Positions 19,374-30,108 of a stretch of DNA of 64,000 nt are shown here, one piece after another; the first letter of the stretch is position 1; each line of letters opens with the position of its first letter. A program made the position numbers and the translations under genes. The notes under the pieces were generated by a model that saw only the letters and a program-made list of their open reading frames with translations, ran no database searches and had not been told where the DNA came from. The DNA is from a bacterium ADurb.Bin236 (GTDB taxonomy: Bacteria; UBP15; UBA6099): contig MWCD01000001.1 of the NCBI GenBank assembly GCA_002069885.1, forward strand, positions 2,770 through 66,769. Reading direction: 5' to 3'.

Positions 19374-22106
19374 ATGGAAGATAGAGTTAAGACGGCGATA
19401 GAAAATCTCTCGGCGTTGGTGGCGGAGTTCGATGCGGATGACGCGGCGATAAGCCGTTTGATACTTGAAGCAATTGAGGAGATTCGGGATTCGGCGACGG
19501 ATAAGATGGCGGCGCTGCTGGACAAGGTTGAAGGAGCGGTGGTCGACATCTGCGCGGGCGAAACGGATTTTGCCGCCGCTTATGAGGCGTTGGTCTCGGC
19601 GGTCGGCGCGGTTCAGAAGGAGCAGGAATGCGGAGGAAATGCCGAAGACAAGCCCGCAATGCCTGCGGAAGACTTATTTGAGGTTGAGATTCAACACGAT
19701 GTGCTTTCAGGGCTGATTGAACAGGCCGGCCCTTCGAACGACCACGTCACCGGCGTGTGCGGAGACCTTTTCGAGAAGATAGCGGCGGTGAAGACGCTGC
19801 CCGGCAGCTTGAGAAAAAAGATAGGCTACATAGTTGAAACGATAAGTTCTCGCTCCTATGAAAGCGGCCCGTTTGAGGCTCTTGCGGCCCGAATGGAAGA
19901 AGCGGTCGCGGAGGTGGGGAGGACGCTGAAAGAAGCGAAAAGGACGATTGACGCCGAATCCAAATTTGTTGACGACGAGGATTTGACCTCGGTTTTTCTG
20001 GAGCGCCAACAGGCGGCTCTCAATGAGTTTGAATCGGATATATTGAAAGTTGAAAAAGGCGACGCGGTCGCGGCGCTGGATGTGGCGACGACTGTGGGAC
20101 GGCTCGCGGAGGAAACATCCGCCCTTGGGATGAAAGAGGCGGCGGTTTTCCTTGAGAGGCTTTCGGGGCTTATGGGCACAGAGCCGCCGTCGGCTGAAAA
20201 GAAGAAGATAGACGCGTTGCTTGTTTTGAAGGACATACTGCAGGAACATTTCGACGCGTTGTCCGAGGGGCGCGAAGGAAAAATCGACGCGGCGCGCGCC
20301 GAATCGGTCGCTGTTGCGTTCCGAACCGGGCAGGCGCGCCCGGTTGTAAGAACCGAACACGGCTCTGCGAAAAGAATCGCGCCGAAGGTGGTTGTGGACG
20401 CTTCCAACCCGGATTTTCCGGAGTTTATCGCCGAAACCCGCGACTACATCCAAGCGGCGGAAGCCGCGATGATTTCTCTTGAGAAAAACCCGGACGACAA
20501 AGAATGCCTGAATGAGATATTCAGGTGTTTCCATAATGTGAAAGGCATATCGGGTTTTTTCAGTTTGACGGATGTCAACGAGTTGTCTCACAACGCGGAA
20601 ACATTGTTAGACAAGGCCAGAAAAGGGGCAATGGAATTCACTTCCGAGTGCGCCGCAGCGTCGTTCGAAGCGCTGGACATGCTAAAAGAGATGCTGGAGC
20701 GGGTCGAGAGAGCGCTGGGCGGAGGGGCATACAATTCGCCGGAAAGATGGGCGGAACTCATAAACAGGTTGGAGATGATAGCTGCCGGGCAGACGCCGCC
20801 GGAGGCTCAGCGCGCGATTCCGGCGGAAACCAAGCCGCGACCAGCCGCTGAAACGGCAGCGCAAGAGGACTCCGCAGGGGAAAATGTAGTTGCGTCAGTA
20901 GGCCCCGCTGACTTGTCAGCAAATGGAGCTTCAAATCAGAACGCGGGCATGGTCAAAGTCAGCACGAAACGGCTGGACAGCCTGATCGACGCGGTGGGGG
21001 AGCTTGTGATAGCCAACGCGATGGTCACTCAAAGGCTAGAGTTGAAAAATACGATAGACGCCGACCTCGCCCGCAACGTCAACCAGTTGAACAAGATAAC
21101 CCGCGAGCTTCAGGAGCTTGCGATGAGCATGAGAATGGTTTCGTTGAAGAGCGTGTTTCAAAAGATGGCGCGCGTGGCGAGAGACACCTCTATAAAGGCG
21201 GGGGTTCCGATGGAATTCTCGTTTTCAGGAGAAGACACCGAACTGGATCGAAATGTTGTCGAAGAGATAAGCAGCCCGCTGGTGCACATGGTGAGGAACG
21301 CGGTTGACCACGGGATAGAGCCGAGCGAGGAGCGGATGCGCTTGGGCAAGCCGCCGATAGGGAAGATAAAGCTGTCGGCATTCCATGAGGGCGGCGGCGT
21401 GATAATCAGAATCGAAGATGACGGACGAGGACTGGACAGGGAAAGAATAATAGAGAAGGCGCGCAGGCTTGGGATGGTCAGGCCGGACGCCGAACTGAGC
21501 GACCGCGAGGCGTATTCTCTGATATTCAACGCCGGATTTTCCACTGCCGAAAAAGTAACAGACATATCGGGCAGAGGCGTGGGGATGGACGTTGTGAGGC
21601 GCAACATTGAGAGTTTAAGAGGCAGAGTCGAGATAGATTCCTCGAAGGGGAAAGGCTCTGTTTTCACCATAAGGTTGCCGCTGACGCTTGCGATAATAGA
21701 CGGCATGGTGGTGAGGATAGCGGATGAGAACTACATAGTTCCGACGATAGCCATAAGAGAATCGCTGAGGCCGGCGCGGGAGCAATTGACCACAGTGGCC
21801 GGCAAGGGCGAGATGCTTTCGGTTCGCGGAGACCTCATGCCATTGTTCAGGCTGAACAGGTTGTTCGAGGTGGAAAACGCGAAAGAAGACCCGTGCGACG
21901 CGCTGGCTCTGGTGCTGGGAAACAACGGTTCGAGTTGCGCGCTCATGGTGGACGACCTTGTGGGGCAGCAACAGGTGGTCATCAAATCTCTCGGCAAGTC
22001 TTTCGGCAGTCTCGAAGGATTGTCCGGAGGCGCGGTTATGGGAGACGGGCGGGTCGCATTGATTGTGGACGCGGCCGGGCTGGCAAGGCTGGCAAAGAAT
22101 TCTTGA
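19374..22106 (+). CDS. cheA: chemotaxis histidine kinase CheA (Hpt, dimerisation, HATPase, CheW-like domains)
   Basis: Hpt FHNVKGISGFF, ATPase N/G boxes HMVRNAVDHGIE and RIEDDGRGLD, C-terminal CheW-like domain. ATG 19374 has an RBS. The ORF-track start 19284 is rejected because it overlaps the upstream gene. Confidence 0.9.
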   Translation: MEDRVKTAIENLSALVAEFDADDAAISRLILEAIEEIRDSATDKMAALLDKVEGAVVDICAGETDFAAAYEALVSAVGAVQKEQECGGNAEDKPAMPAEDLFEVEIQHDVLSGLIEQAGPSNDHVTGVCGDLFEKIAAVKTLPGSLRKKIGYIVETISSRSYESGPFEALAARMEEAVAEVGRTLKEAKRTIDAESKFVDDEDLTSVFLERQQAALNEFESDILKVEKGDAVAALDVATTVGRLAEETSALGMKEAAVFLERLSGLMGTEPPSAEKKKIDALLVLKDILQEHFDALSEGREGKIDAARAESVAVAFRTGQARPVVRTEHGSAKRIAPKVVVDASNPDFPEFIAETRDYIQAAEAAMISLEKNPDDKECLNEIFRCFHNVKGISGFFSLTDVNELSHNAETLLDKARKGAMEFTSECAAASFEALDMLKEMLERVERALGGGAYNSPERWAELINRLEMIAAGQTPPEAQRAIPAETKPRPAAETAAQEDSAGENVVASVGPADLSANGASNQNAGMVKVSTKRLDSLIDAVGELVIANAMVTQRLELKNTIDADLARNVNQLNKITRELQELAMSMRMVSLKSVFQKMARVARDTSIKAGVPMEFSFSGEDTELDRNVVEEISSPLVHMVRNAVDHGIEPSEERMRLGKPPIGKIKLSAFHEGGGVIIRIEDDGRGLDRERIIEKARRLGMVRPDAELSDREAYSLIFNAGFSTAEKVTDISGRGVGMDVVRRNIESLRGRVEIDSSKGKGSVFTIRLPLTLAIIDGMVVRIADENYIVPTIAIRESLRPAREQLTTVAGKGEMLSVRGDLMPLFRLNRLFEVENAKEDPCDALALVLGNNGSSCALMVDDLVGQQQVVIKSLGKSFGSLEGLSGGAVMGDGRVALIVDAAGLARLAKNS

Positions 22107-22174
22107 CAAAGGCGGAAAGCGAGGCGTGTTTCGGCCTCGCGAAAATATTGACAACTATGGAAAGGAGGCATGAG

Positions 22175-22690
22175 ATGGCGACGGCGATAGAAAGACAGAC
22201 GAATGAAAAAGGCGCGGGCGCGACTCGAAAGTATTTGACTTTCGCGCTCGGCGAAGAGGAATACGGTCTGGAGATAATGAAGGTGCGCGAGATTATTGGA
22301 CTTATGGACATAACTCGGGTGCCGAGGATGCCGGAGTTCGTGCGGGGCGTTATCAACCTGCGCGGCAAAGTGATTCCCGTTCTTGACCTGCGGATGAAGT
22401 TCAACATGGACAAGGCCGAGGACACCGACCAGACGTGCATCATCGTGGTCGATATCGAATCGACCCTGATGGGCGTCGTGGTCGACGAGGTGTCGGAGGT
22501 GATGAACATATCCGAAGAGGATATCGAAGAGACTCCCGAGTTCGGCGCGCGAGTCAACACGGAGTTCATACTCGGCATAGGCAAAGCGCCGGGAAGAGTC
22601 GTTATTTTGCTCAATATAGTAAAGGCGCTCAGCGCCGAGGAAATAATCGCGATTTCAGAAATAAGAAACACAAAACAGGCTTCGGCTTGA
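22175..22690 (+). CDS. cheW: CheW coupling protein
   Basis: [22 protein letters not shown]...[15 protein letters not shown] CheW signature. A perfect AAAGGAGG RBS precedes the ATG at 22175. Confidence 0.9.
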   Translation: MATAIERQTNEKGAGATRKYLTFALGEEEYGLEIMKVREIIGLMDITRVPRMPEFVRGVINLRGKVIPVLDLRMKFNMDKAEDTDQTCIIVVDIESTLMGVVVDEVSEVMNISEEDIEETPEFGARVNTEFILGIGKAPGRVVILLNIVKALSAEEIIAISEIRNTKQASA

Positions 22691-22730
22691 AAGCCCGAAG
22701 CGAAATTTAAGAACAGGCGGAGGCGGAAAG

Positions 22731-24989
22731 ATGCTTAAAAACATGAATGTGACTTCAAGAATGATACTTAGTTTCGGGTTGCCGATCCTGCTGATAGGGT
22801 GCATCGTCATTATCGGGTTTTCGGTGTCCGGAAAGGTTTTGTCGAACGCGCTTCTGGTGAAGAACGAAAGCGTTGTATATTCGGGCGTGGCGCGGGACAT
22901 GAAGCTGGCTGTCGTTCAAACCCAGCAATGGCTTACGGACATATCCGCGACCCGAGGGCAGGACGGCCTCAACGACGGTTTCGACCATGCGGAGATGAAC
23001 GCCGTATCGTTTAAAGAGGGCGTGGACAAGTTCATTGAAATGTACGAAGCCGAGAATAATGCCGCGCAAATAGAGGAAATGGAAACCTTAAAAGAGGCTT
23101 ATAATAATTTTTATATAAAAGGAAAAGAGATGGCGAAGGCGTATATAGATGGAGGGCCGGCGGCAGGCAACAAGATGATGGCGAACTTCGACGAATCCGT
23201 GAATGACATCTCCAAGAAAATTGACGCTTTCGTTGATGAGCAGCAGAAGGAAGCCGACGATTCGCTGGCTAACACGATAGCGTCCATAAAAATCCTTAGA
23301 ACATCGATTCTTGCGGTGAGCGCATTAGCCGCGTTTTTGATAATTATTCTCGGCGTCTTATTTACTCGCAGCATAACCGCTTCGTTTGAGAAAGTTCTTG
23401 CGGCGGCTGACGAGAAGGTCGAATATCTCCAGAACCTTCCTACCCCGATAATCGCTGTCGACAAAGATTACACTGTCAAATATGCCAATCTTGCGGCGGC
23501 GTCCGTCCTCGGAAGAAGTCAGGGCGACACGCTCGGAGTAAAGTGCTACGACCTGTTCAAGACGCACCATTGCAACACGGGCGAATGCAGGGTCAGGCAG
23601 GCGATTGAAAGGGACGGCGTGTTCACAGGCGAAACAAGCACGACCCAGAACGGACGGAAGATAGACATCGAATACACGGGAGCCCCGATTAAAGACAAGT
23701 CCGGCAACATCATCGGAGCAATGGAATTCGTCATCGACATAACAGAGCGCAAGAACGTCCTCAAAGACATCGTGGGCGTGGCCGAGGGGCTGGCGGATGG
23801 AGACCTTTCACGGAGGCTGAACGGCAGTTATCAGGGCGACTACGAGATGATAGCCAACTACCTAAACACCTCGATGCAGAACCTGCAGGGAGTGATGAAG
23901 GAGATTACGGCTGTCTGCTCTGATTTGGCGAAAGGGGACCTCACGACTGCCGCCAGCGGAGACTTCAAAGGCGACTATCTGGCAATAGTTAACAACCTGA
24001 ACGAAGCCATAGGCGGCCTGCACGAGGTTGTCAGCCAAGTGGCCGAAGCGGTGGATCAAGTGAACACCGCTAGCGGACAGATAAGCGCGAGCGCGCAGGG
24101 AGTGGCCGAGGGAACTTCGGAACAGGCAAGCTCGCTCGAGGAGATTTCAAGCAGCCTCGAAGAGATGTCCAGCATGACGAAGCAGAACGCTGACAACGCG
24201 GCTCAGGCTCAGGCGCTGAGCAACGAGTCAAAAAACAGCACGGATAAAGGCGGCGAGGCCGTTTCCCGGATGAATAGAGCGATTGAGGACATCAAGAAGT
24301 CGTCGGACGCAACTGCGAAGATAATCAAGACAATCGACGAGATAGCATTCCAGACGAACCTGCTGGCGCTGAACGCGGCTGTTGAAGCCGCCCGCGCGGG
24401 CGAGGCAGGAAAGGGTTTCGCGGTCGTGGCCGAGGAAGTCAGGAATCTGGCGATGCGAAGCGCGGAGGCCGCAAAGAACACCGCCAACATGATAGAGGCG
24501 TCCGTCGGCAACAGCGAGAAAGGCGTCAAGATTGCCGAAGAGGTAAGTCAGACTCTGAAGGAAATAGCGCTCGGCTCGGAGAAGGTGAACAACCTCGTTG
24601 CCGAGATCGCCGCCGCAAGCAAGGAACAGGCGCTGGGAATAGAGCAGGTGAACATTGCGATGGGGCAGATGGACAAAGTCACGCAGCAGAACGCGTCCAG
24701 CGCCGAAGAGTCCGCAAGCGCCGCAGAAGAACTCTCTTCTCAGTCAAAAACTCTCGCTTCTATGGTTTCAAACTTCAGAATCAAAGGAAGCGGCGGTTCG
24801 AGAAGGATTGAGCAGGCTCCCGCGCGGCAGACGGCGCAATCGGTTTCCGGCAATGGGAAAAAGGTTTTCGCCTCGGCGGGCGTATCGTCACGCTTTGATG
24901 AGTCAGGCAGGTCAAGAGGCTCCGCCAACGAGATTATCCCTCTTGATGACGAAGATTTCAGGGAATTTAAGAACAAGCTAATGTCGTAA
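22731..24989 (+). CDS. methyl-accepting chemotaxis protein with two TM helices, a cytoplasmic PAS domain, HAMP and MCP signalling domain
   Basis: [36 protein letters not shown] signalling core. A PAS-like block sits after TM2. Confidence 0.9.
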   Translation: MLKNMNVTSRMILSFGLPILLIGCIVIIGFSVSGKVLSNALLVKNESVVYSGVARDMKLAVVQTQQWLTDISATRGQDGLNDGFDHAEMNAVSFKEGVDKFIEMYEAENNAAQIEEMETLKEAYNNFYIKGKEMAKAYIDGGPAAGNKMMANFDESVNDISKKIDAFVDEQQKEADDSLANTIASIKILRTSILAVSALAAFLIIILGVLFTRSITASFEKVLAAADEKVEYLQNLPTPIIAVDKDYTVKYANLAAASVLGRSQGDTLGVKCYDLFKTHHCNTGECRVRQAIERDGVFTGETSTTQNGRKIDIEYTGAPIKDKSGNIIGAMEFVIDITERKNVLKDIVGVAEGLADGDLSRRLNGSYQGDYEMIANYLNTSMQNLQGVMKEITAVCSDLAKGDLTTAASGDFKGDYLAIVNNLNEAIGGLHEVVSQVAEAVDQVNTASGQISASAQGVAEGTSEQASSLEEISSSLEEMSSMTKQNADNAAQAQALSNESKNSTDKGGEAVSRMNRAIEDIKKSSDATAKIIKTIDEIAFQTNLLALNAAVEAARAGEAGKGFAVVAEEVRNLAMRSAEAAKNTANMIEASVGNSEKGVKIAEEVSQTLKEIALGSEKVNNLVAEIAAASKEQALGIEQVNIAMGQMDKVTQQNASSAEESASAAEELSSQSKTLASMVSNFRIKGSGGSRRIEQAPARQTAQSVSGNGKKVFASAGVSSRFDESGRSRGSANEIIPLDDEDFREFKNKLMS

Positions 24990-25016
24990 ACGCAACCTTT
25001 CAAAAGATAGTCTTGC

Positions 25017-25060
25017 GACGGAGCCGGGAAACCGGCTCCGTCTTGCTTTTGTCTGTTTTT
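25017..25060 (+). terminator. rho-independent terminator after the MCP gene
   Basis: gacggagccgg-gaaa-ccggctccgtc hairpin followed by ttgcttttgtctgttttt. Confidence 0.75.
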
Positions 25061-25419
25061 CATTGATCGCTACCGAATCCTATGAAGGATTCGGGTTGAT
25101 TCGGCTGTCGGCAAGCGGCTCTCGAAAACGTTGCCAACGCCTTTCGGGCGCGTGTTTCTTGTCTTTTAGCAGGCTGATTAATGAAAACTGCGCAATTATA
25201 GAAAAAACGGCTGTTGTCATTACAAAAAGCTTAAATATTACATTTGCAAAAGGAATTTGTGTTTTCGCGCATGGGTGAGCCAGATAGTTTGTGATTACTG
25301 TTGTTTTCAAAAAAGATGTCTATTGCTTCGCGTAAGTGAAGCGCAGAAAAAAATAAATAAGCCTTTAATAATGCTGATATATCCACATATTGCGCGTTTC
25401 GCTAACGTTCACGGAGATG

Positions 25420-25436
25420 TCGGCATAGCAATTGCA
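25420..25436 (+). promoter_or_regulatory. candidate sigma-54 (-24/-12) promoter tCGGCATagcaaTTGCA upstream of cheR
   Basis: GG at 25422-25423 and GC at 25434-25435 have the canonical 10-nt spacing, and the -12 element is TTGCA. It lies 34 nt upstream of the cheR ATG, and a sigma-54 activator is encoded in the same island. The -26 T is replaced by C. Confidence 0.4.
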
Positions 25437-25469
25437 TTACTTATTAAAACAAAAGAGGGAAAACGGAAG

Positions 25470-26312
25470 ATGACTGCAACGCAACACTACGAACTGAAAG
25501 ACAGAGAATTCAGGAAAATCAGTTCCATAGTATATGACGCATGCCGGATAAATTTGAGAGACGCGAAAAAGGAGCTAGTGCAGGCAAGGCTGGCAAAAAG
25601 GCTCCGGGCGCTAGGCATGGACAGTTACGGCGACTATCTCGACCTTATCGAGAAAGACGCCTGCGAACACACGATAATGATCGATTATCTTTCGACGAAC
25701 CTGACGATGTTTTTTCGCGAGAGGGGACATTTCAACTACCTTGCAGAAGAAGTTTTTCCGCGGATAAGCGAGAGTTCCACTGGAAGGATATGGAGCGCGG
25801 GATGCTCGTCGGGAGAGGAAGCGTACACGCTGGCGATGTTGTTGAGGGAGAACTTGCCGAAGATAAATCTGATGGATTGCCTGATTCTTGCCACAGACAT
25901 TTCAACGAGAATGCTCGAAGCCGCAAAGCGAGGCGTTTACACCGCAAAGCGAATGGAAAACGTGCCTGAAGACATGCTTGAAAAGTATTTCAGGAAAACC
26001 GGAAGAGCGGAAGAGACATTCTTCGAGGCGGGCGCGGCGCTCAAATCGCTTATACGGTTCAGGTACTTAAATTTGATCGGGCCGTGGCCGATGGACGCGA
26101 AGTTCGACGCGATACTTTGCAGGAACGTGATGATATATTTCGACAAGCCGACGCAGCAGGAGCTTGTGGCGCGTTTTTACAACCTTCTGAAGCCCGGCGG
26201 GATTTTCATCGTAGGACATTCCGAAAGTCTAGTGGGAATAAACCATGATTACACATTCGTGCGCCCGTCAATATACAAACGGCCCGCAGGAGAGGAGAGA
26301 GTCGCGTTATGA
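25470..26312 (+). CDS. cheR: chemotaxis protein methyltransferase CheR
   Basis: RIWSAGCSSGEEAYTLAML SAM-binding signature. ATG 25470 has an RBS. The upstream ORF extension is rejected. Confidence 0.9.
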   Translation: MTATQHYELKDREFRKISSIVYDACRINLRDAKKELVQARLAKRLRALGMDSYGDYLDLIEKDACEHTIMIDYLSTNLTMFFRERGHFNYLAEEVFPRISESSTGRIWSAGCSSGEEAYTLAMLLRENLPKINLMDCLILATDISTRMLEAAKRGVYTAKRMENVPEDMLEKYFRKTGRAEETFFEAGAALKSLIRFRYLNLIGPWPMDAKFDAILCRNVMIYFDKPTQQELVARFYNLLKPGGIFIVGHSESLVGINHDYTFVRPSIYKRPAGEERVAL

Positions 26313-26785
26313 CACACAACGTGGGAATATCAGACCTGAAGGTTTCAAACGATCCCGGAGACGACATCAAGACTCATTCGCTCGGCTCTTGCGTCGGGGT
26401 TACGATGTACGACCCTGCGGTTTCAGTGGGCGGAATGCTGCATTATCAACTGCCGTCGGCGCGGGAACACTCGGAAAAAGCCGCGACGAATCCATACATG
26501 TTCGGAGATACGGGAATCACAGAACTGATGAAGGAAGTGTTTGAACGGGGCGCGGACAAGCGCCGGCTCGTGGTGAAACTGGCGGGCGGCTCAAACGTCG
26601 CCGATAAAAACGGCTTCTTCAACATAGGAAAAAGGAATCTCATCATCGCAAAGAAATTCCTCTGGAAGAACGGCCTTTTAATCACCGGCGAGGATGTGGG
26701 CGGCGAAACTTGGCGCAACCTCAAACTCGAATTGGGAAGCGGCCGCGTTTCAATAAAAAGCGGCGACGGCGAATTTGACATATAG
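26309..26785 (+). CDS. cheD: chemoreceptor glutamine deamidase CheD
   Basis: HSLGSCVGVTMYDP...GGMLHY CheD core. Overlaps the cheR stop (translational coupling). Confidence 0.85.
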   Translation: MTHNVGISDLKVSNDPGDDIKTHSLGSCVGVTMYDPAVSVGGMLHYQLPSAREHSEKAATNPYMFGDTGITELMKEVFERGADKRRLVVKLAGGSNVADKNGFFNIGKRNLIIAKKFLWKNGLLITGEDVGGETWRNLKLELGSGRVSIKSGDGEFDI

Positions 26786-26796
26786 GAGGTTCGGCC

Positions 26797-27201
26797 ATGT
26801 CTTTCAACATCATGATAGTCGACGACTCAACCATTATCCGCACGATGATTAAAAGAACGATAACTCTGGCCGGAATTCCAACGGGCATAATCGTCGAAGC
26901 GCAAAACGGGGCGGAGGCGTTAGTTTCCCTCGGCGAAAACTGGATCGACCTGATTTTTACGGATATCAACATGCCGGTGATGGATGGGGTTGAGATGCTG
27001 GAAAGAATCAGCCGCGAAGAAAGAATCAGCGACACTCCAGTGATAGTTGTCTCGACTGAAGGAAGCGAAACGAAAATCGACCGCTTGACGCGAATGGACA
27101 ACGTGAAAGCGTTCATAAGAAAGCCTTTCGCTCCGGAGAATCTCCGAGACGCCGTTGAAGCGGCGCTGTCGGAGAGAATTCAGGAGGCTGCAAATGCTTG
27201 A
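26797..27201 (+). CDS. cheY: CheY-like receiver protein
   Basis: IMIVDDS...IFTDINMPVMDG...K receiver. Confidence 0.8.
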   Translation: MSFNIMIVDDSTIIRTMIKRTITLAGIPTGIIVEAQNGAEALVSLGENWIDLIFTDINMPVMDGVEMLERISREERISDTPVIVVSTEGSETKIDRLTRMDNVKAFIRKPFAPENLRDAVEAALSERIQEAANA

Positions 27202-27682
27202 CGAGAAGCTTCGGCAGGTTGCTCAAAGGATATTAGAGGACGCGGCGTTCGTTTTTGTGGACGGGGGGGCAGAAGACGCTATCGAGCTTCTTAACGGAGA
27301 AAACGCGTTGTCGGCGACGCTGGAATTCGACGGCGAGTTCTCAGGCTCGATGTCCATGTCCGCTTCTTATTCATTGGCGAAAACAATGGCGGCAAATCTC
27401 CTTGGCGCGGACGATCTCGACCCTGAAGCTGAAAGCAAAAAGACCGACGCTATCGGAGAGCTGCTTAACATGGTTTGCGGAAACCTGCTGCCGGAAATAG
27501 CGGGGACTTCTCCTGAATTCAAAATTGGCGCGCCTCGCGCCGTGTCGTTTGACGAGACTAAGCGTCAGTCAGCGGATATTGCCCGCTCAAACGGAAGCTT
27601 GGTTGCCATGTCGGTTGAAGGATGTGAAGTCGTGATGTCGTTATTGATTAACGACGAATCCGGAGCGGGAGAACGTGTGTGA
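27194..27682 (+). CDS. cheX: CheX-like (CheC-family) phosphatase
   Basis: IGELLNMVCGNLL block typical of CheX. ATG 27194 overlaps the CheY stop. Confidence 0.65.
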   Translation: MLDEKLRQVAQRILEDAAFVFVDGGAEDAIELLNGENALSATLEFDGEFSGSMSMSASYSLAKTMAANLLGADDLDPEAESKKTDAIGELLNMVCGNLLPEIAGTSPEFKIGAPRAVSFDETKRQSADIARSNGSLVAMSVEGCEVVMSLLINDESGAGERV

Positions 27683-27746
27683 TCGCTTGCGGCTCCCATT
27701 TTGAAGATGAGGCGGACGAAAGAGATAAGAGCGAACAGCGGAAAGG

Positions 27747-29531
27747 ATGATAAAAATGAGCGAAAACGGAAAAGTGAATATCGAGATATCAGGAGACGAG
27801 ATGACGGCGGTGGCCTTCATAACTCCTCCCGGCCTGACAGGCAAACCGGTGGAAGTGGCGGATGTGAAAAAGTCGCTCGAAGAAGCCGGCGTCGTTCACG
27901 GCATAGTGAACAATGAGCGAATTAAATCGTTCGTTGACGAGGGGCGGCTGATCCCAATTGATTTTCTCGCGGCGGCTGGAACCCGTCCCGGGCATGGCGC
28001 GGACGCTTCTATTGAAAACGTCTGGCTTAAAAAAGACGCTCCCGCCAGAATCGACGAAAAAGGCAGGATCAACCTGCGCGAGCTTAATGTCGTGAAATCC
28101 GTGTCTCAGGGTGAAACCATCGCGGTGAAAACGCCGCCCACTCGCGGCGAGACCGGGATGACCGTTAAAGGCGTTGAAATTCCCGGCGAGTGGGGTTCCG
28201 ACGTTTCATTCAAGGCGGGCCGCAATGTAATCGTTTCTGACGACGGGTTGGAGTTCAGGGCCGCAATCAGCGGCTCCCCGAATTACGCGGGCGGAATCCT
28301 CAATGTCGATCCGGTGTTTGTCGTGGATGGCGACGTGGATTACTCCACCGGAAATATCAACTTCGCCGGGGCGCTCGATATAAGAGGAAACGTGCAGGAC
28401 GGTTTCGTTGTCAGGGCAGAGGGAAACATTACGATCGGGGGGAATGTTCAGGCTGCGGAAGTGGTTTCCGGTGGCGATGTCGTTGTGAAAGGCGGCATAA
28501 TCACGCGGCATGAGGGCGTCGTCGCGGCGGCCGGTAGCGTAAGCGCGAAGTTTATCGAAAATTCCGAAGTCGAGGCCGAGGGAGACGTGGTGGCTGAGCG
28601 AGCCGTCATCAATAGTCTCGTCAAATGCAATGGGACCGTGATTTGCTCGGACGGCGAGGGAAAAATCATGGGCGGCGAAATCATGGCCTATAACGAAATC
28701 CGCGCAAAACATCTCGGTTCGGACAAAGAGTCCAAGACCACGCTCCGCGCGGGTTTCAAGCACGACATATACATAAAAATGTCTGAAATGGAAAAAAAAC
28801 TTGAGGAAATAATCGAGGAAGCCGCCGGTCTTCAGAAAAACCTCCTCGCAAAAAACGCCAAACCGGAACTGGTCGCCGAGGTGAAACAGAAAATCCAGTC
28901 TCTTGAGACCGAAAAGTTAGGCCTTCAGCAGAGAATCGCTTCGCTTCGCCTCCGGGTTCAGGTGAACCCGTTTGCGACGGTGAAAGGCGAGGAATACATA
29001 CATCCCGGCTGCGTGGTTTACATCGGCGGTTCAAGGGAAAGGATAGCGAACCCCCTCAAGTTCGCCACTCTTATGGCGGACGCTGACGGGGGCGTGGCGT
29101 TGTCGTCTTACGACGAAACCAGCGGAAGCATCAAAACGGTTAGAGTCGGCTCGAAAGAAAAAAAGAAAACTGTCATGATAGTGGACGACGCCAGATTCAT
29201 GAGAAACAAACTCAAGAACATCCTCGAAAACGGCAACTTCAGAGTGGTTGGCGAAGCCGAGGACGGCAGACAGGCGGTGATGTTGTTCCAGAAACTCAAG
29301 CCAGATGTCGTGACCATGGACATAACGATGCCAGATGTCGACGGCATCAGCTCTTTGCGGGCGATAAAGAAAATTCATCCGGACGCAAGAGTCGTTATGA
29401 TATCGGCGCTCGGACAGAAAGAGAAAGTCCGCGACAGTCTTGTTGCCGGCGCGAGGGACTTTATTATAAAACCTTTCATCCCTGAGAAAGTCATCGACAC
29501 CATGACTAAAGTTCTTGAAAAAACCAACTGA
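27747..29531 (+). CDS. FapA/DUF342 domain protein fused to a C-terminal CheY-like receiver (594 aa)
   Basis: N-terminal DUF342-type beta-helical repeats (GNINFAGALDIRGNVQDGFVV...GGNVQAAEV), a coiled-coil segment, then VMIVDDARFMRNKL...VTMDITMPDVDG...K. Confidence 0.7.
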   Translation: MIKMSENGKVNIEISGDEMTAVAFITPPGLTGKPVEVADVKKSLEEAGVVHGIVNNERIKSFVDEGRLIPIDFLAAAGTRPGHGADASIENVWLKKDAPARIDEKGRINLRELNVVKSVSQGETIAVKTPPTRGETGMTVKGVEIPGEWGSDVSFKAGRNVIVSDDGLEFRAAISGSPNYAGGILNVDPVFVVDGDVDYSTGNINFAGALDIRGNVQDGFVVRAEGNITIGGNVQAAEVVSGGDVVVKGGIITRHEGVVAAAGSVSAKFIENSEVEAEGDVVAERAVINSLVKCNGTVICSDGEGKIMGGEIMAYNEIRAKHLGSDKESKTTLRAGFKHDIYIKMSEMEKKLEEIIEEAAGLQKNLLAKNAKPELVAEVKQKIQSLETEKLGLQQRIASLRLRVQVNPFATVKGEEYIHPGCVVYIGGSRERIANPLKFATLMADADGGVALSSYDETSGSIKTVRVGSKEKKKTVMIVDDARFMRNKLKNILENGNFRVVGEAEDGRQAVMLFQKLKPDVVTMDITMPDVDGISSLRAIKKIHPDARVVMISALGQKEKVRDSLVAGARDFIIKPFIPEKVIDTMTKVLEKTN

Positions 29532-29544
29532 GGCGGATACGGCG

Positions 29545-30081
29545 ATGAAAGCGGTTTTTCTGAATCCTTTTGTGAAGTCTGTTTTTGAGATACTCGAAAG
29601 CGTGGTTTATGAGACTCCCGAAAAAGGCGACATATTCATCCGGGAACGGTATCCGTGCAACATGGAGACCGTCTCGGCGATGGTTGGCATAACCGGAAAG
29701 CTTACGGGGCAGGTGACGCTGACCATGAGCCGCAAGTCGGCAATCTCCATCGCGGCAAAAATGATGATGGAGGATGGACTTGAGGAATTGGACGAATGCG
29801 CCCAGAGCGCGCTCGCCGAGATGGCGAACATGGTGGCCGCCAACGCCGCCGCCAGCCTATGCGACGACGGATATGAATGCGACATCACCACTCCGACGGT
29901 GATTACCGGCTCCAACATCGAGATTTCCTTCAGGCCGGAAGTAAAAACTATCGTTATTCCGCTTACGCTCAGCGTAGGCAGCATCGACGTGAATATTTCA
30001 GTGGCCGAGACATCTTTTATAAAAGGGTTGCAAGGCTCCGCGCGCGCGGCATCCGAAACTGCCGCCGCAGGGGCGATTTGA
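29545..30081 (+). CDS. cheX: second CheX-like (CheC-family) phosphatase
   Basis: MVGITGKLTGQVTLTM...LAEMANMVAANAA matches the CheX family. ATG 29545. Confidence 0.6.
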   Translation: MKAVFLNPFVKSVFEILESVVYETPEKGDIFIRERYPCNMETVSAMVGITGKLTGQVTLTMSRKSAISIAAKMMMEDGLEELDECAQSALAEMANMVAANAAASLCDDGYECDITTPTVITGSNIEISFRPEVKTIVIPLTLSVGSIDVNISVAETSFIKGLQGSARAASETAAAGAI

Positions 30082-30108
30082 AATACTGAAAGTTTAATTG
30101 AGGTTATT

